A DNA stretch of 64,000 nt from a virus (Duplodnaviria > Heunggongvirae > Uroviricota > Caudoviricetes), in the IMG/VR virus record IMGVR_UViG_3300020202_000067, positions 17,335 through 81,334 of that record. One strand, 5' to 3'. The notes below the pieces were generated by a model. That model worked only from the letters and a program-made list of their open reading frames with translations. It was not told the origin of the DNA and made no database searches. Positions within the stretch are counted from its first letter, which is position 1. Every line of letters begins with the position of its first letter. Both the position numbers and the translations under genes were made by a program. Below, in pieces: positions 40,100-48,835 of the stretch.

Positions 40100-42929
40100 T
40101 TTCTCCGAGGTACTTCACAGCCTTGATCTTGATCATGCGGAAGTCAGGCGGAACTGAGCCCTTGATTGCATAGAGCGACTTGCCTACTCGACCTTGCTCC
40201 ACGATCTGCCGACCAATGCGCTCGAAGTCGTAGCGGCTCACCTTGCAAAAGATCATGTCGGTGTCGTCCTTAATGAACAAGTTCAACGCAGCCGTCGGCC
40301 CATTGACCGCGTAGCCGCGCTTCATGACGTTGACGGCTTCGTTCTCATCCTTGGGCGCGATCTTGGAAGCGACGCCGATGATGACAACATCCTTGAACGC
40401 ACCGTCCGCTTGCACATCAATGACTGGCGTTGGCGCAGTGACAATGTTGATTGCTCCAAGATCTGGATGCAGCTCCTTCACCTTGTCAGCTATTGGGAAC
40501 AACGTGTCAATGTCGGTCTTGGCGTTGTCAAGTCGCTTCTTCAAGGTGGCACGCAGCGGTGTTCCTGAGGACCTCGCTTCCATGATCTCGCGGACGGTTG
40601 CTGAACCGATGCCCTTGATCGAGGTGAGAGGACCCACAAGGATCGTCCTCTCACCTTTCTTGATTGGCATCCACTTGTCTGTGGAGTGGTCCGGGTCAAA
40701 GGCGAGATAGTCAATGCCTTCTTCCTTCAACTCGCGCAGCAGCGCAATCTGTTTTGCTGGATCGCTCTCAGCATCTAATGTGGCAGCGGCAAACTCAACA
40801 GGATAATGCGCCTTGAGCCAACAGCAATAATACGACACGAGACCGTAGGCGACAGCGTGCGAACGGTTAAAAGCCCAAGAGCCGAAGGTGTTGATCTGAT
40901 CCCAAACAAGGCGCGCTGTGTCTTCATCGATCCCATTTTTCAATGCTCCATCCTTGAACTTCAACCAGTAGCGTTCGAAGAACTCATTGCCGAGACGGCC
41001 AGACATCGCCTTACGAATAGCAGACGTGTCCTCCCAGGACATGCCTCCCATCTCACGCACGATCTTCATCACCTGTTCCTGATAGATGGTGATGCCGAGC
41101 GTCTCCTTGGTGAGCTCGGTAAGCATAGGATGATAAGAAGATATCGGCTCCTTGCCGAGCTTACGTCGCACCCAGGACCCAGCGCCGCCCGTGGCCATTG
41201 GTCCAGGGCGCGCAAGCGCTGTAATCGAGATGATGTCTTCTAGGTGCGTCACCTCAATCTGCTTCACTAGCGATTGCAACGCCTGACCAGCAAATTGGAA
41301 CACACCAGCGAAGCGGTGCTGACTGAGAACATTGAATGCCGCCGCATCGTCCAATGGCAATCGATCAAAGAAGCGGAAATTTCCCTCTTCGCCGATCAGC
41401 TCCAATGCGCGCTCGAAGATTGAAAGCTGCGTCAGACCCAGAGCGTCGATCTTGAGTAGGTTCAGATCCTCAGCATCCTTCTTGTCGCACATGGCTGCGT
41501 TGGTGCGGCTGTCTACAGCGACATATTCAAGAATAGGCTCATCGGTGACAAGAACGCCAGCCGCGTGTTGCGAGGACGTTGTCGGGTGGCCTTCCATGCG
41601 GGAAGCCATCATGGCTTCTGGAAATTCATTCAGAAGAGACTGACCATTGATTGTCTCCTTGAGCGTGTCCTCAAGTTGCTGCATGGCGCGTGAGTCACCG
41701 GAGGAGCGTTCGATGATGCCGTCAAGCGCCTTGTCAACCTTCCACTTTGGTATGCGCAAGGAGATGCCAGCTTGCTGCAACGCGCTCTTGGGGCCGTACA
41801 TCATCACGGTTCCCAGCCGAGCCATGCGCTCCTCGCCATATTTCTCGGCAATGTACTTGAACACCTCCTCACGCTGCTTGTCAGAGAAGTCAACGTCGAT
41901 ATCTGGCAAATCCGCGCGATTGATATCGATGAAACGCTCAAAGATCAGTCCGTAAGGGATGGGATCTACTGTAGTGATATCGAGTAGGTAGCACACGAGA
42001 CTTCCACAAGAGGAGCCACGTGCCGGTCCGACAGCCATGCGGTCTCGAGCCCAACCAACAATATCTGAGAGGATGTAGAAATAGTCTTCAAACTTCTTGT
42101 CGGCGATAAGCTTAAGCTCCCGATCAAGACGCTCAGCATAGACCTTGTCTTTCAAATTGATGGAGCGTTTCTTCGCTCCTTCAATACACAATTGACGCAG
42201 CGTCTTCTTGCGCTCAGGCTTCAGGAGCGTCGCCTTCCTCAGTTCAGCTCGACATTGCTTGATTGCGTTATCTCTGGCCTTGATGGCAGCAGCCTTGTCC
42301 CGTTCACTAGCAAACCAGACAGCCTCCATCCATTCGTCATCATCAATGATCCATTGCGGATATGTTTGAGTGCCAGCTCTCTTCCCGAGAGCGACACGGT
42401 AAAGCTCAAGATCGGCTTGGCGAGGAAAGACATTGTCGCCGCTAGCGATGAAGCGGAACCCAGCAGCCTTCGCTTGTTTGTAGAGACCAATTGGCGTTGA
42501 TGGTGATAGAGCAACATAGAGATCCTTGTCCTTTTTCTTCACACGCTCAAGCTGCAGACGCTCGCCAGCGATCTTGATCACGCCCTGTGCGGCAAGCGCC
42601 TGCTTGTAAAGCAAGCTCGGCTCACGGCCAGGATTGGCTGTTGCAAGCGCAATGAGCTCATGGATAGAACGCAATGAGTCCTTGGCGAAGAATGTCCAGT
42701 AGTCTGGGCTTGGCCGCTTCTCCCCCAGAGAAGAGACCACTGCTAGTTCTACACCATAGATCGGTCTAAGCTCGTGCTTTGCGCACAGCTTAGACCAACG
42801 ATTAAATCCGAAGGCGCTCGTCCTGTCTGAAATCGGCGCGGCCTTCCACTTGATCTCCTTCAGACGCTCTATAATGTCTGGCAGGTGCCCCACCGCAGTG
42901 CGGAAGGAATATCCCGTGCGTATTCTCAT
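40089..42929 (-). CDS. dnaE: DNA polymerase III alpha subunit (DnaE-type)
   Basis: 946 aa. FERFIDINRADLPDIDVDF and downstream palm/fingers motifs are typical of DnaE. The N-terminal PHP-like region lacks obvious His clusters. Confidence 0.9.
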   Translation of the reverse strand: MRIRTGYSFRTAVGHLPDIIERLKEIKWKAAPISDRTSAFGFNRWSKLCAKHELRPIYGVELAVVSSLGEKRPSPDYWTFFAKDSLRSIHELIALATANPGREPSLLYKQALAAQGVIKIAGERLQLERVKKKDKDLYVALSPSTPIGLYKQAKAAGFRFIASGDNVFPRQADLELYRVALGKRAGTQTYPQWIIDDDEWMEAVWFASERDKAAAIKARDNAIKQCRAELRKATLLKPERKKTLRQLCIEGAKKRSINLKDKVYAERLDRELKLIADKKFEDYFYILSDIVGWARDRMAVGPARGSSCGSLVCYLLDITTVDPIPYGLIFERFIDINRADLPDIDVDFSDKQREEVFKYIAEKYGEERMARLGTVMMYGPKSALQQAGISLRIPKWKVDKALDGIIERSSGDSRAMQQLEDTLKETINGQSLLNEFPEAMMASRMEGHPTTSSQHAAGVLVTDEPILEYVAVDSRTNAAMCDKKDAEDLNLLKIDALGLTQLSIFERALELIGEEGNFRFFDRLPLDDAAAFNVLSQHRFAGVFQFAGQALQSLVKQIEVTHLEDIISITALARPGPMATGGAGSWVRRKLGKEPISSYHPMLTELTKETLGITIYQEQVMKIVREMGGMSWEDTSAIRKAMSGRLGNEFFERYWLKFKDGALKNGIDEDTARLVWDQINTFGSWAFNRSHAVAYGLVSYYCCWLKAHYPVEFAAATLDAESDPAKQIALLRELKEEGIDYLAFDPDHSTDKWMPIKKGERTILVGPLTSIKGIGSATVREIMEARSSGTPLRATLKKRLDNAKTDIDTLFPIADKVKELHPDLGAINIVTAPTPVIDVQADGAFKDVVIIGVASKIAPKDENEAVNVMKRGYAVNGPTAALNLFIKDDTDMIFCKVSRYDFERIGRQIVEQGRVGKSLYAIKGSVPPDFRMIKIKAVKYLGEIDG

Positions 42930-43375
42930 GCAGCCCTCTTCCCCTTGCGCTTATACCTTGGAATGCCAACTTCGCCTTCAACGACGCTGACCAATGCAAC
43001 AGAGCAATCACAACGCTTAGCAATTTCCTGCTGGCTCAATCCCTGCTTCGCCAAGGCGATGATCTTGGCGCGGCGCTCTGGATCATCTGTCTTCGGGCGC
43101 TTCTCAAGGCCAGCGATCCTTGCATAACGTAACACTGTATTGCGGGAGCATCCGTATTTCTTCTGAATATCATTCACCGGAACGCCAGCCTTGTAGTCTG
43201 CCACCACATGCTCAAAGCGCACCAAACGATTGGCGCGCTCATGAGTGAATGAAAAGATGCGCTTCACTTGCGCAATGAATTCAAGGAACGGCTTCACCGC
43301 CTTCCTGGTTCTCAGATACTCCGCCGCATCCTTCAGTGTGAACAGCATCATCTGGATCCTTCTTATTACGCTCAT
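42926..43375 (-). CDS. tandem-HTH DNA-binding protein
   Basis: 149 aa. Two resolvase/psq-type HTH units (IQKKYGCSRNTVLRYA and QQEIAKRCDCSVALVS). The start may be at MMLFTL. Confidence 0.55.
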   Translation of the reverse strand: MSVIRRIQMMLFTLKDAAEYLRTRKAVKPFLEFIAQVKRIFSFTHERANRLVRFEHVVADYKAGVPVNDIQKKYGCSRNTVLRYARIAGLEKRPKTDDPERRAKIIALAKQGLSQQEIAKRCDCSVALVSVVEGEVGIPRYKRKGKRAA

Positions 43376-43616
43376 TGATGCGTTTCATATCTTCAAGCGT
43401 GGCTGCGCCAGACGCCACAACAGCGCATTGCGCCCAACCTAGCCAACGGCATTTCTTGCCATATGACATTGGATCATTTTCATCTTCTCGTTCCCGCATG
43501 CGGTGATACATATTGATCAAATGCGCTGCGCTCAGAGGTCCGCTGTTAGGCAATTTCTGCGCAACGGACGATGCAAGATAAACGGTTTCTTTCATCGCTT
43601 CCATAACATTCATCAA
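43281..43616 (-). CDS. hypothetical protein (RWLGWAQC motif)
   Basis: 111 aa track ORF. The 95-nt 3' overlap with the next gene is unusual. Confidence 0.5.
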   Translation of the reverse strand: MMNVMEAMKETVYLASSVAQKLPNSGPLSAAHLINMYHRMREREDENDPMSYGKKCRWLGWAQCAVVASGAATLEDMKRINERNKKDPDDAVHTEGCGGVSENQEGGEAVP

Positions 43617-44155
43617 AGAATTCCCTTTTTAATGAGTTCAACACAACAGCGCTTGAGCGCCATGACGTCAACCTTGGCGCGATGAGCGCCCTCGAACTTC
43701 TCACCGAACAACAACTCGTGTAGGCCTGAAAGATTCAAGCGGTGACCTTTCAGGTGCACAGTCTGTTCCACAGTGCAGATCCTAATCTTTGGCCAATTAA
43801 CCTTGAGACCGCAACGTTCCGCCTCAATGTCGATCATCTCGATATCGAACGATAAGTTGTGCCCGATAACGATAGGTGATGCCTCGATCAGCTTAATGAT
43901 CTTCGAAGCTACATCCTTGAACGTTGGTGCGTCTTTCACATCCTCCCATTTGAGCCCTGTGATGGAGGTAATCAACTCAGTAATTGCCTCTGGTGAAGAG
44001 GGGCGTACAAGCTGATCGAGCTCATTGATCTTCTTGTCCTTAGCCAAGTCCCAAGTGCAGCCGTAGAATTCGATGAGCTCCGGCAGCTTGTCGTTCTTGA
44101 CTGTGCGGTTCTCAATGAGGCCGGTGGTCTCTGTGTCAAACAATAGAGCCTTCAT
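43613..44155 (-). CDS. dnaQ: DnaQ-like 3'-5' exonuclease (DEDDh)
   Basis: LLFDTETTGL (Exo I), GHNLSFDIEM (Exo II), HRAKVDVMAL (Exo III). Confidence 0.85.
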   Translation of the reverse strand: MKALLFDTETTGLIENRTVKNDKLPELIEFYGCTWDLAKDKKINELDQLVRPSSPEAITELITSITGLKWEDVKDAPTFKDVASKIIKLIEASPIVIGHNLSFDIEMIDIEAERCGLKVNWPKIRICTVEQTVHLKGHRLNLSGLHELLFGEKFEGAHRAKVDVMALKRCCVELIKKGIL

Positions 44156-44595
44156 CCTGGCACCTTGATCCTTGGGCCATCACAACTGACGACTGGCTTG
44201 TGCTCAATATCGCTCCAATCAAAACGCCAGAAAAGTCCGTCTGGCATCTTGAAGATCACCGGAAAGCCTGTTGTCGCTTCGTCTCTGTAGTCATTATTCG
44301 CTTGCTCCTCATCAACTGATTCCACCATAGCGCAATAAACACCGGCATCATGGATAGAGTCGCGATGCGGCTTGCCTGCTTCAATGGAGACAGCATAACG
44401 CGAGAGCTTGACGACGATTAAAGAGAACAGGTGGAAGCGGTCGTGATCCTCCTTGGTCTTCAACGTCACGCCATTCGGAAAGAGTGCAGCGAAGGCTCCG
44501 CCAGCGCGCTTGTAGTTGTCGCCATAGACCTTGTTGCGCTCGCGGAAGGTGTTAGCGCCTTCAGCCAAGATGTCAGCCGCTGTCCGCTTAGTCAT
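44152..44595 (-). CDS. DUF1599-like all-alpha (MazG-superfamily-like) protein
   Basis: Start moved to MTKRTAAD. RNKVYGDNY...VVKLSRY...HRDSIHDAGVYCAM matches the DUF1599 pattern as I recall it. Confidence 0.5.
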   Translation of the reverse strand: MTKRTAADILAEGANTFRERNKVYGDNYKRAGGAFAALFPNGVTLKTKEDHDRFHLFSLIVVKLSRYAVSIEAGKPHRDSIHDAGVYCAMVESVDEEQANNDYRDEATTGFPVIFKMPDGLFWRFDWSDIEHKPVVSCDGPRIKVPG

Positions 44596-45184
44596 TGCTA
44601 TTCCCCTTGGGGTGGATGCGGCGGATGTACTTAATGTAGGTTCCGGGCGCGAGCTCAAAGATGCGGTAGTGGTACTTGCGTCCGGCGCCTCCGCCAGTTG
44701 TAAGATATTCACTGGTGTGACTCTGCGTAAATGTCTCCTGGACGAGCGTGCACCCATCCATTGCAGGAAAATCTGCGCCGTCATCGAGGTGTATTCCTAC
44801 ATGGGAGATGAACTCTCTTCCAATGCCCCATAGAGGATTTCCTGCTTGGTTGTAGCTCACCGGAGCGCCCATTGCATAATGATCTCCAGAAGCTAGGTGC
44901 CAGTGCCTGCCTTCAATGTAAGTCAAGATCTCAAGCTCAATGCCGAGAGAATAGTTGAACTGCAGACGGCCCTTGTTGATGCACCACTGGCCGTCCGGGA
45001 ACAGTGACTTGGCGGTCACGACGTCCTCGACCCAAGGCTCTGTGTCAAGACCCAAGAGAACCTTGATGCGTTCTTCTTGGTCCTTGGTCCTTGCGTAGAA
45101 GGCAATCTGATCAATCTTCATCGGAGGTTTTTCTAGTTTCACGTTCACCACCTTCGTTTTCCAGTTGTCCGGAGAAATGTTCAT
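44588..45184 (-). CDS. VOC (glyoxalase/epimerase)-fold protein
   Basis: Start at MNISPD (ATGA coupling to the SDR gene). KIDQIAFY, IELEIL, ISHVGIHLDD and YRIFEL give a paired beta-alpha-beta-beta-beta pattern. Confidence 0.5.
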   Translation of the reverse strand: MNISPDNWKTKVVNVKLEKPPMKIDQIAFYARTKDQEERIKVLLGLDTEPWVEDVVTAKSLFPDGQWCINKGRLQFNYSLGIELEILTYIEGRHWHLASGDHYAMGAPVSYNQAGNPLWGIGREFISHVGIHLDDGADFPAMDGCTLVQETFTQSHTSEYLTTGGGAGRKYHYRIFELAPGTYIKYIRRIHPKGNSND

Positions 45185-45879
45185 GGCCCACCATACGGAA
45201 TGTCGCACCCGGCGAGATATTTGTGGCGCTCCTTGGAGGAGAGAAGGAATGCGATGAACTCAGCGATGATAGCTGGTGGAGTTTCCTCGCCTGCAGGCAA
45301 AGCAGCAAGTTGATATTCTCTAGCTTGCTGTTCCGTCCACCCTCTGAGCTGCACCACGCGCCGGTCGATCTCTGCACTCATGTGCGTGCCTGACATCTTG
45401 TTGGGAGAGACGCTGAACACGGTGATGTTGTGCGTCTTCTTCAACTCACGCGCCAACTGCTTTGTCAGAATGGCGGCCGCGCCCTTGGAAGCGTTGTAAG
45501 CCGCTGAAGATGTCATTGGCACATGGCTGGCATTGGAAACGATGTTCACCACCGTCCCATCACGCAGCTCTTCAAGAAGCGCCTTGGTGCAAAGGAAGAT
45601 GCCCTTGGCATTGGTGTCCATCACATCATCCCACTCCTGCTCTGGAACGTTTGGCAGGAAGTTGATGCGATTGATGCCTGCACAATTGATTAGAACATCG
45701 ATCTTGTCCAGCCCCCGCTTCAAAAGATCGAGCCGAGCCTGCCCAATAGAAAAGCTGCTCGACACATCAATGTGGTGCTTCAGCGACCAGTCAATCACTC
45801 TCCAGCCATTCTTCAAGAGATGGTTGGAGATCGCTTCACCCAAGCCACTGCTCGCGCCTGTGATAACTGCTGTCTTCAA
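45181..45879 (-). CDS. short-chain dehydrogenase/reductase (classical SDR)
   Basis: TGASSGLG, NCAG and S...YNASK motifs. 232 aa. Confidence 0.85.
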   Translation of the reverse strand: MKTAVITGASSGLGEAISNHLLKNGWRVIDWSLKHHIDVSSSFSIGQARLDLLKRGLDKIDVLINCAGINRINFLPNVPEQEWDDVMDTNAKGIFLCTKALLEELRDGTVVNIVSNASHVPMTSSAAYNASKGAAAILTKQLARELKKTHNITVFSVSPNKMSGTHMSAEIDRRVVQLRGWTEQQAREYQLAALPAGEETPPAIIAEFIAFLLSSKERHKYLAGCDIPYGGP

Positions 45880-46319
45880 TTCTGCCTCCCATGCACCAAG
45901 AGCGCTGTGATACCAGCCTCTCTGAACGCTGCAACGACATCTTCTCTGTCGTCAATGATCAAGGCAACTTCATCTTTGAACCGCTCGCCGAAGCGTTCGG
46001 CGGCCAGCTTAAGCTTTATTTCCGCTGCCGGATGATAAGCCTCGTCCGGCCGCATAAGCAGCTCATCGAACATGGCGCCATGCTTGACGAGCAGCTCCAT
46101 AGTAAGCTTGCGCCACTTCTCCGGTCGTGCCGTAATGCCAACGATGTACATGCCGCCAGCGCGCATTGCATTAATCATGTTGACAACGTCATGGATCGGC
46201 TCGTCATCCTTGGAAGCGGCATGATAAGCGTCCCATCCTCCAGGGCCACCGATCATGTCGTCACGCCAGAAAGCATTCGACACTGTATGATCAATGTCAC
46301 ACAAAACGATCTTCCTCAT
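45876..46319 (-). CDS. HAD-superfamily phosphatase (PNK-phosphatase/5'-nucleotidase-like)
   Basis: CDIDHTV (DxDxT), GITAR (motif II), IIDDRED (motif IV). Confidence 0.65.
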   Translation of the reverse strand: MRKIVLCDIDHTVSNAFWRDDMIGGPGGWDAYHAASKDDEPIHDVVNMINAMRAGGMYIVGITARPEKWRKLTMELLVKHGAMFDELLMRPDEAYHPAAEIKLKLAAERFGERFKDEVALIIDDREDVVAAFREAGITALLVHGRQN

Positions 46320-46561
46320 TGCTTTTGCACTCCTGCCATATTCTCGTAGAGTGCAAGCAATGAAGCATAGACCTTTTGCGGTGGATAAGGCGATGTGCCT
46401 GCATCGAACATCTTGAACTCGTTATCGCGATCACCCTTAAAGAAAGCGATCAAGATAACATGCTCCGCTCCAAGCCGCTCCTTGACTGCAACAGCCTCCT
46501 GATTGGCCGCCTGCTTACGCTGCAAGGCTACTTCTTGTTTGCCCAATTCGTCCTGCGCCAT
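46316..46561 (-). CDS. hypothetical protein
   Basis: Start moved to MAQDELGK (GAGGAGGGAG RBS). 81 aa. Confidence 0.5.
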   Translation of the reverse strand: MAQDELGKQEVALQRKQAANQEAVAVKERLGAEHVILIAFFKGDRDNEFKMFDAGTSPYPPQKVYASLLALYENMAGVQKQ

Positions 46562-46776
46562 GACGCTCCCTCCTCTGCGCACTTGCGCGCTTCTGAAACC
46601 ATTTCCATGTCTTGGGTTGGACGCAACCCGCACTTGACCATCATCTCCCGACGATTGGCCCAGAGCTCAAGAAGCTCTTGGAACAACGGATCGCGCGCCA
46701 ACAATACGAACATTGGCTCGTCATCCTTGGCCTTCTCGTAACAGTCAAACTTGCCGGGGTTCTTCTTGGTTCCCAT
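46528..46776 (-). CDS. hypothetical protein (PGKFDCYEKA..DEPMFVLLARD family)
   Basis: Start at MGTKK after ATGGAGCTGAAG. The motif recurs in phage small proteins, function unknown. Confidence 0.55.
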   Translation of the reverse strand: MGTKKNPGKFDCYEKAKDDEPMFVLLARDPLFQELLELWANRREMMVKCGLRPTQDMEMVSEARKCAEEGASWRRTNWANKK

Positions 46777-46966
46777 CTTCAGCTCCATAGATCTTCATTC
46801 GGACTTTGTGTTCAGTTCTCATAGTGCGGTTCATCTCTTCTGTCATTTCATTTTGCTTCTCCAATGCGTCAGCGATGCGTTTGAGGGAAATTGCTACAGA
46901 TCTGTCATAAAAAGCCTTCCCCGAGCTGAAACTGCCAGCCTCAAATAATTCAACATCTCTGTTCAT
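46745..46966 (-). CDS. hypothetical protein
   Basis: 73 aa track ORF. The ATG shares one base with the upstream stop. Confidence 0.5.
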   Translation of the reverse strand: MNRDVELFEAGSFSSGKAFYDRSVAISLKRIADALEKQNEMTEEMNRTMRTEHKVRMKIYGAEDGNQEEPRQV

Positions 46967-47382
46967 CAGAACTGTTTACCTCCTTCTTTCAGACGGTTCT
47001 CAGGCTTGTGATCTTCACGCTTTTCATTGTACCAGACCTTCTCGAGCACAGCGCCAGAGAGATCAAGTCTGAACGCTCCTCCATAGTCAAAAGCGCGAAT
47101 GAATAGATCTCCCAGCTCGACCTCCTCGCTCTTACGGTGCGGCAAGTGATCATCCATCTTGTCCTTACGCACACCTTCGAGCATCTCAGATAGTTCAGAA
47201 TGCTTGAGCGCAATCATCTCACCTTTGTTTCTTTCGATCCGCTCTCCCGTTCTTGGGTCCTGCCACCACCTTGCGTTTTTGTGGTGCAGGATCGCGGCCA
47301 GCCAGTTGAGGCTTTGCGCGTGTTGAACGAGCAGTCTGTTGATCGTCTCTTCGCTGAACCGGCTCAAGTCTGGTAAGCTCAT
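46966..47382 (-). CDS. MazG-like nucleotide pyrophosphohydrolase
   Basis: Start at MSLPDL. ALKHSELSEMLEGVRK ... EEVELGDLFIRAFD ... EKVWYNEKREDH fits the all-alpha NTP-PPase E..E/E..D pattern. Confidence 0.6.
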   Translation of the reverse strand: MSLPDLSRFSEETINRLLVQHAQSLNWLAAILHHKNARWWQDPRTGERIERNKGEMIALKHSELSEMLEGVRKDKMDDHLPHRKSEEVELGDLFIRAFDYGGAFRLDLSGAVLEKVWYNEKREDHKPENRLKEGGKQF

Positions 47383-47545
47383 CTTCCATCTCCACTCCGA
47401 CAATGTAAAGTTCATTACGCAGCTCGGTGAGTGACATCCTGCTTAGCCGTCCTGAAGTTACGGCCAAGGTCGAGGTGACTTTGGAAAGACGTTGATGCCA
47501 CCTCACCCAAGCGATGATTTTCTCAGTAATGGTCTCACCCCGCAT
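47219..47545 (-). CDS. hypothetical ORF (only the 5' ~130 nt are unique; the rest overlaps the MazG-like gene)
   Basis: The only ORF covering 47416-47534. Its C-terminal two thirds are low-complexity and out of frame with the MazG-like gene. Confidence 0.3.
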   Translation of the reverse strand: MRGETITEKIIAWVRWHQRLSKVTSTLAVTSGRLSRMSLTELRNELYIVGVEMEDELTRLEPVQRRDDQQTARSTRAKPQLAGRDPAPQKRKVVAGPKNGRADRKKQR

Positions 47546-47741
47546 GCTTGACCATCACTTCGATATTCAATACTCTGAGTTGCTTAAGCACACTTTCAGC
47601 GCCTTCCCGATAGCCCTGAAGTCTTGCTTGCGCCTCCGCTTCATCTCTTGTGCGTTTGAGCTCATGAAGTTCTTTCAACAACTCCTCAACTTTCTTTTGA
47701 TCGCCACATATTTCTTGGGCGAACAGTTTATAGTCTGTCAT
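47535..47741 (-). CDS. hypothetical coiled-coil protein
   Basis: 68 aa track ORF. Confidence 0.55.
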   Translation of the reverse strand: MTDYKLFAQEICGDQKKVEELLKELHELKRTRDEAEAQARLQGYREGAESVLKQLRVLNIEVMVKHAG

Positions 47742-47863
47742 GACAACGCCCTCATCTGATCGATCAACTTGATCATGTGCGTCTTCTGTTCAGCAGAGAT
47801 TGTGTTGTCAATTCCTGGAAACTGAGAAACAGGAATTGATCTGACGACTTCTCCACGCATCAT
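47738..47863 (-). CDS. small protein (41 aa, not in track) ending in the same 12 aa as ThyX
   Basis: MMRGEVVRSIPVSQFPGIDNTISAEQKTHMIKLIDQMRALS. ATGA overlaps at both ends. Confidence 0.5.
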   Translation of the reverse strand: MMRGEVVRSIPVSQFPGIDNTISAEQKTHMIKLIDQMRALS

Positions 47864-48825
47864 TGCGCCGGAACCGCGACTGGTGTTGAACTTGGCAGAA
47901 CCATAACATTAACCTTGCCTGTCTCTACAGCCTTCATGAGAGCATCGGCTCGCTCCTTCTCAGCCAGAGCCAACAGCACATCACGAATTTGCGCTGGCGT
48001 GAAGTTGTCAGGCAATTGCTCAAACAAGCGCTTGACACCAATGCCTTCATTCGAGCGTCTTGCCGCTTGCTCCTCAGCTATCTGCGTCAGCAATTTTTGG
48101 CGCTTGCGGTCCTCTTCAGAAGCCATGCGTTCAGCAATAGCGTTAAGCACCTTGGCGTCTGGCAGCACTTCGCGCAGAAGCACCGGCATGAAGGTGATTG
48201 CGCCCTTGGCCTCTGTATCCGTGAAGCCAAGCTTGATGAGATCATTGTTCACGGCGCGAACGACTTCCTCCATCATGCGCTGTTCAACGTCCGCGCGCCG
48301 CTCAACGCTAGCGTCTGCCCATGGAAATGAGGCGATTGCGTCTCTGACCGCGGCCCTTGCGGCGGGAACAATAAGATTGCGTTCAAGTGCATCCTCGTCG
48401 CCAATGCGCTGCAGGATCTTCCATGCGACTGAAGGGTTGATGGAGTAGGGGAAGGAAGCTTCCACCTGCACCGGGTTATGATCCTTAGACATCGACACAA
48501 TGGTCGGGCCGTCTGCGTCTTTGGCCTTGGCTGAGAAGTCAACGGACCGGCGCTGGATGGAGATCTTGGTGACGTCGTACATCGGGTTCATGAAGCGCAA
48601 CCCTTCAGGATAGGCTGTCTCCTGCACCGCGCCGAACCATTGGCCAACGCCAACATGGCCTGTGGAGACAGGGCTGATGGACATGATCAATGACCAAATG
48701 GCAGTGACCACCACACCTGCAACAAACCACAAACCAGCCAGACCTCCGCGACCGTCCAGCAACGAGAAAAGAGTCGCAATCAGAACGATAAAAGCGATGA
48801 TGCCTACACCAACAAGAAACAACAT
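47860..48825 (-). CDS. SPFH/band-7 (prohibitin/stomatin-like) membrane protein
   Basis: 321 aa. Two N-terminal TM helices, an SPFH-like core, then an A/E/R-rich coiled coil. Confidence 0.7.
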   Translation of the reverse strand: MLFLVGVGIIAFIVLIATLFSLLDGRGGLAGLWFVAGVVVTAIWSLIMSISPVSTGHVGVGQWFGAVQETAYPEGLRFMNPMYDVTKISIQRRSVDFSAKAKDADGPTIVSMSKDHNPVQVEASFPYSINPSVAWKILQRIGDEDALERNLIVPAARAAVRDAIASFPWADASVERRADVEQRMMEEVVRAVNNDLIKLGFTDTEAKGAITFMPVLLREVLPDAKVLNAIAERMASEEDRKRQKLLTQIAEEQAARRSNEGIGVKRLFEQLPDNFTPAQIRDVLLALAEKERADALMKAVETGKVNVMVLPSSTPVAVPAQ

Positions 48826-48835
48826 GTCTTCCTCC

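Noticed and set aside
43281-43616. DUF550/MazZ-like dATP/dGTP pyrophosphohydrolase (Z-genome marker)
   Set aside because: Only a vague RWLG motif memory supports this. No PurZ-like adenylosuccinate synthetase homologue or DatZ is present in the window.
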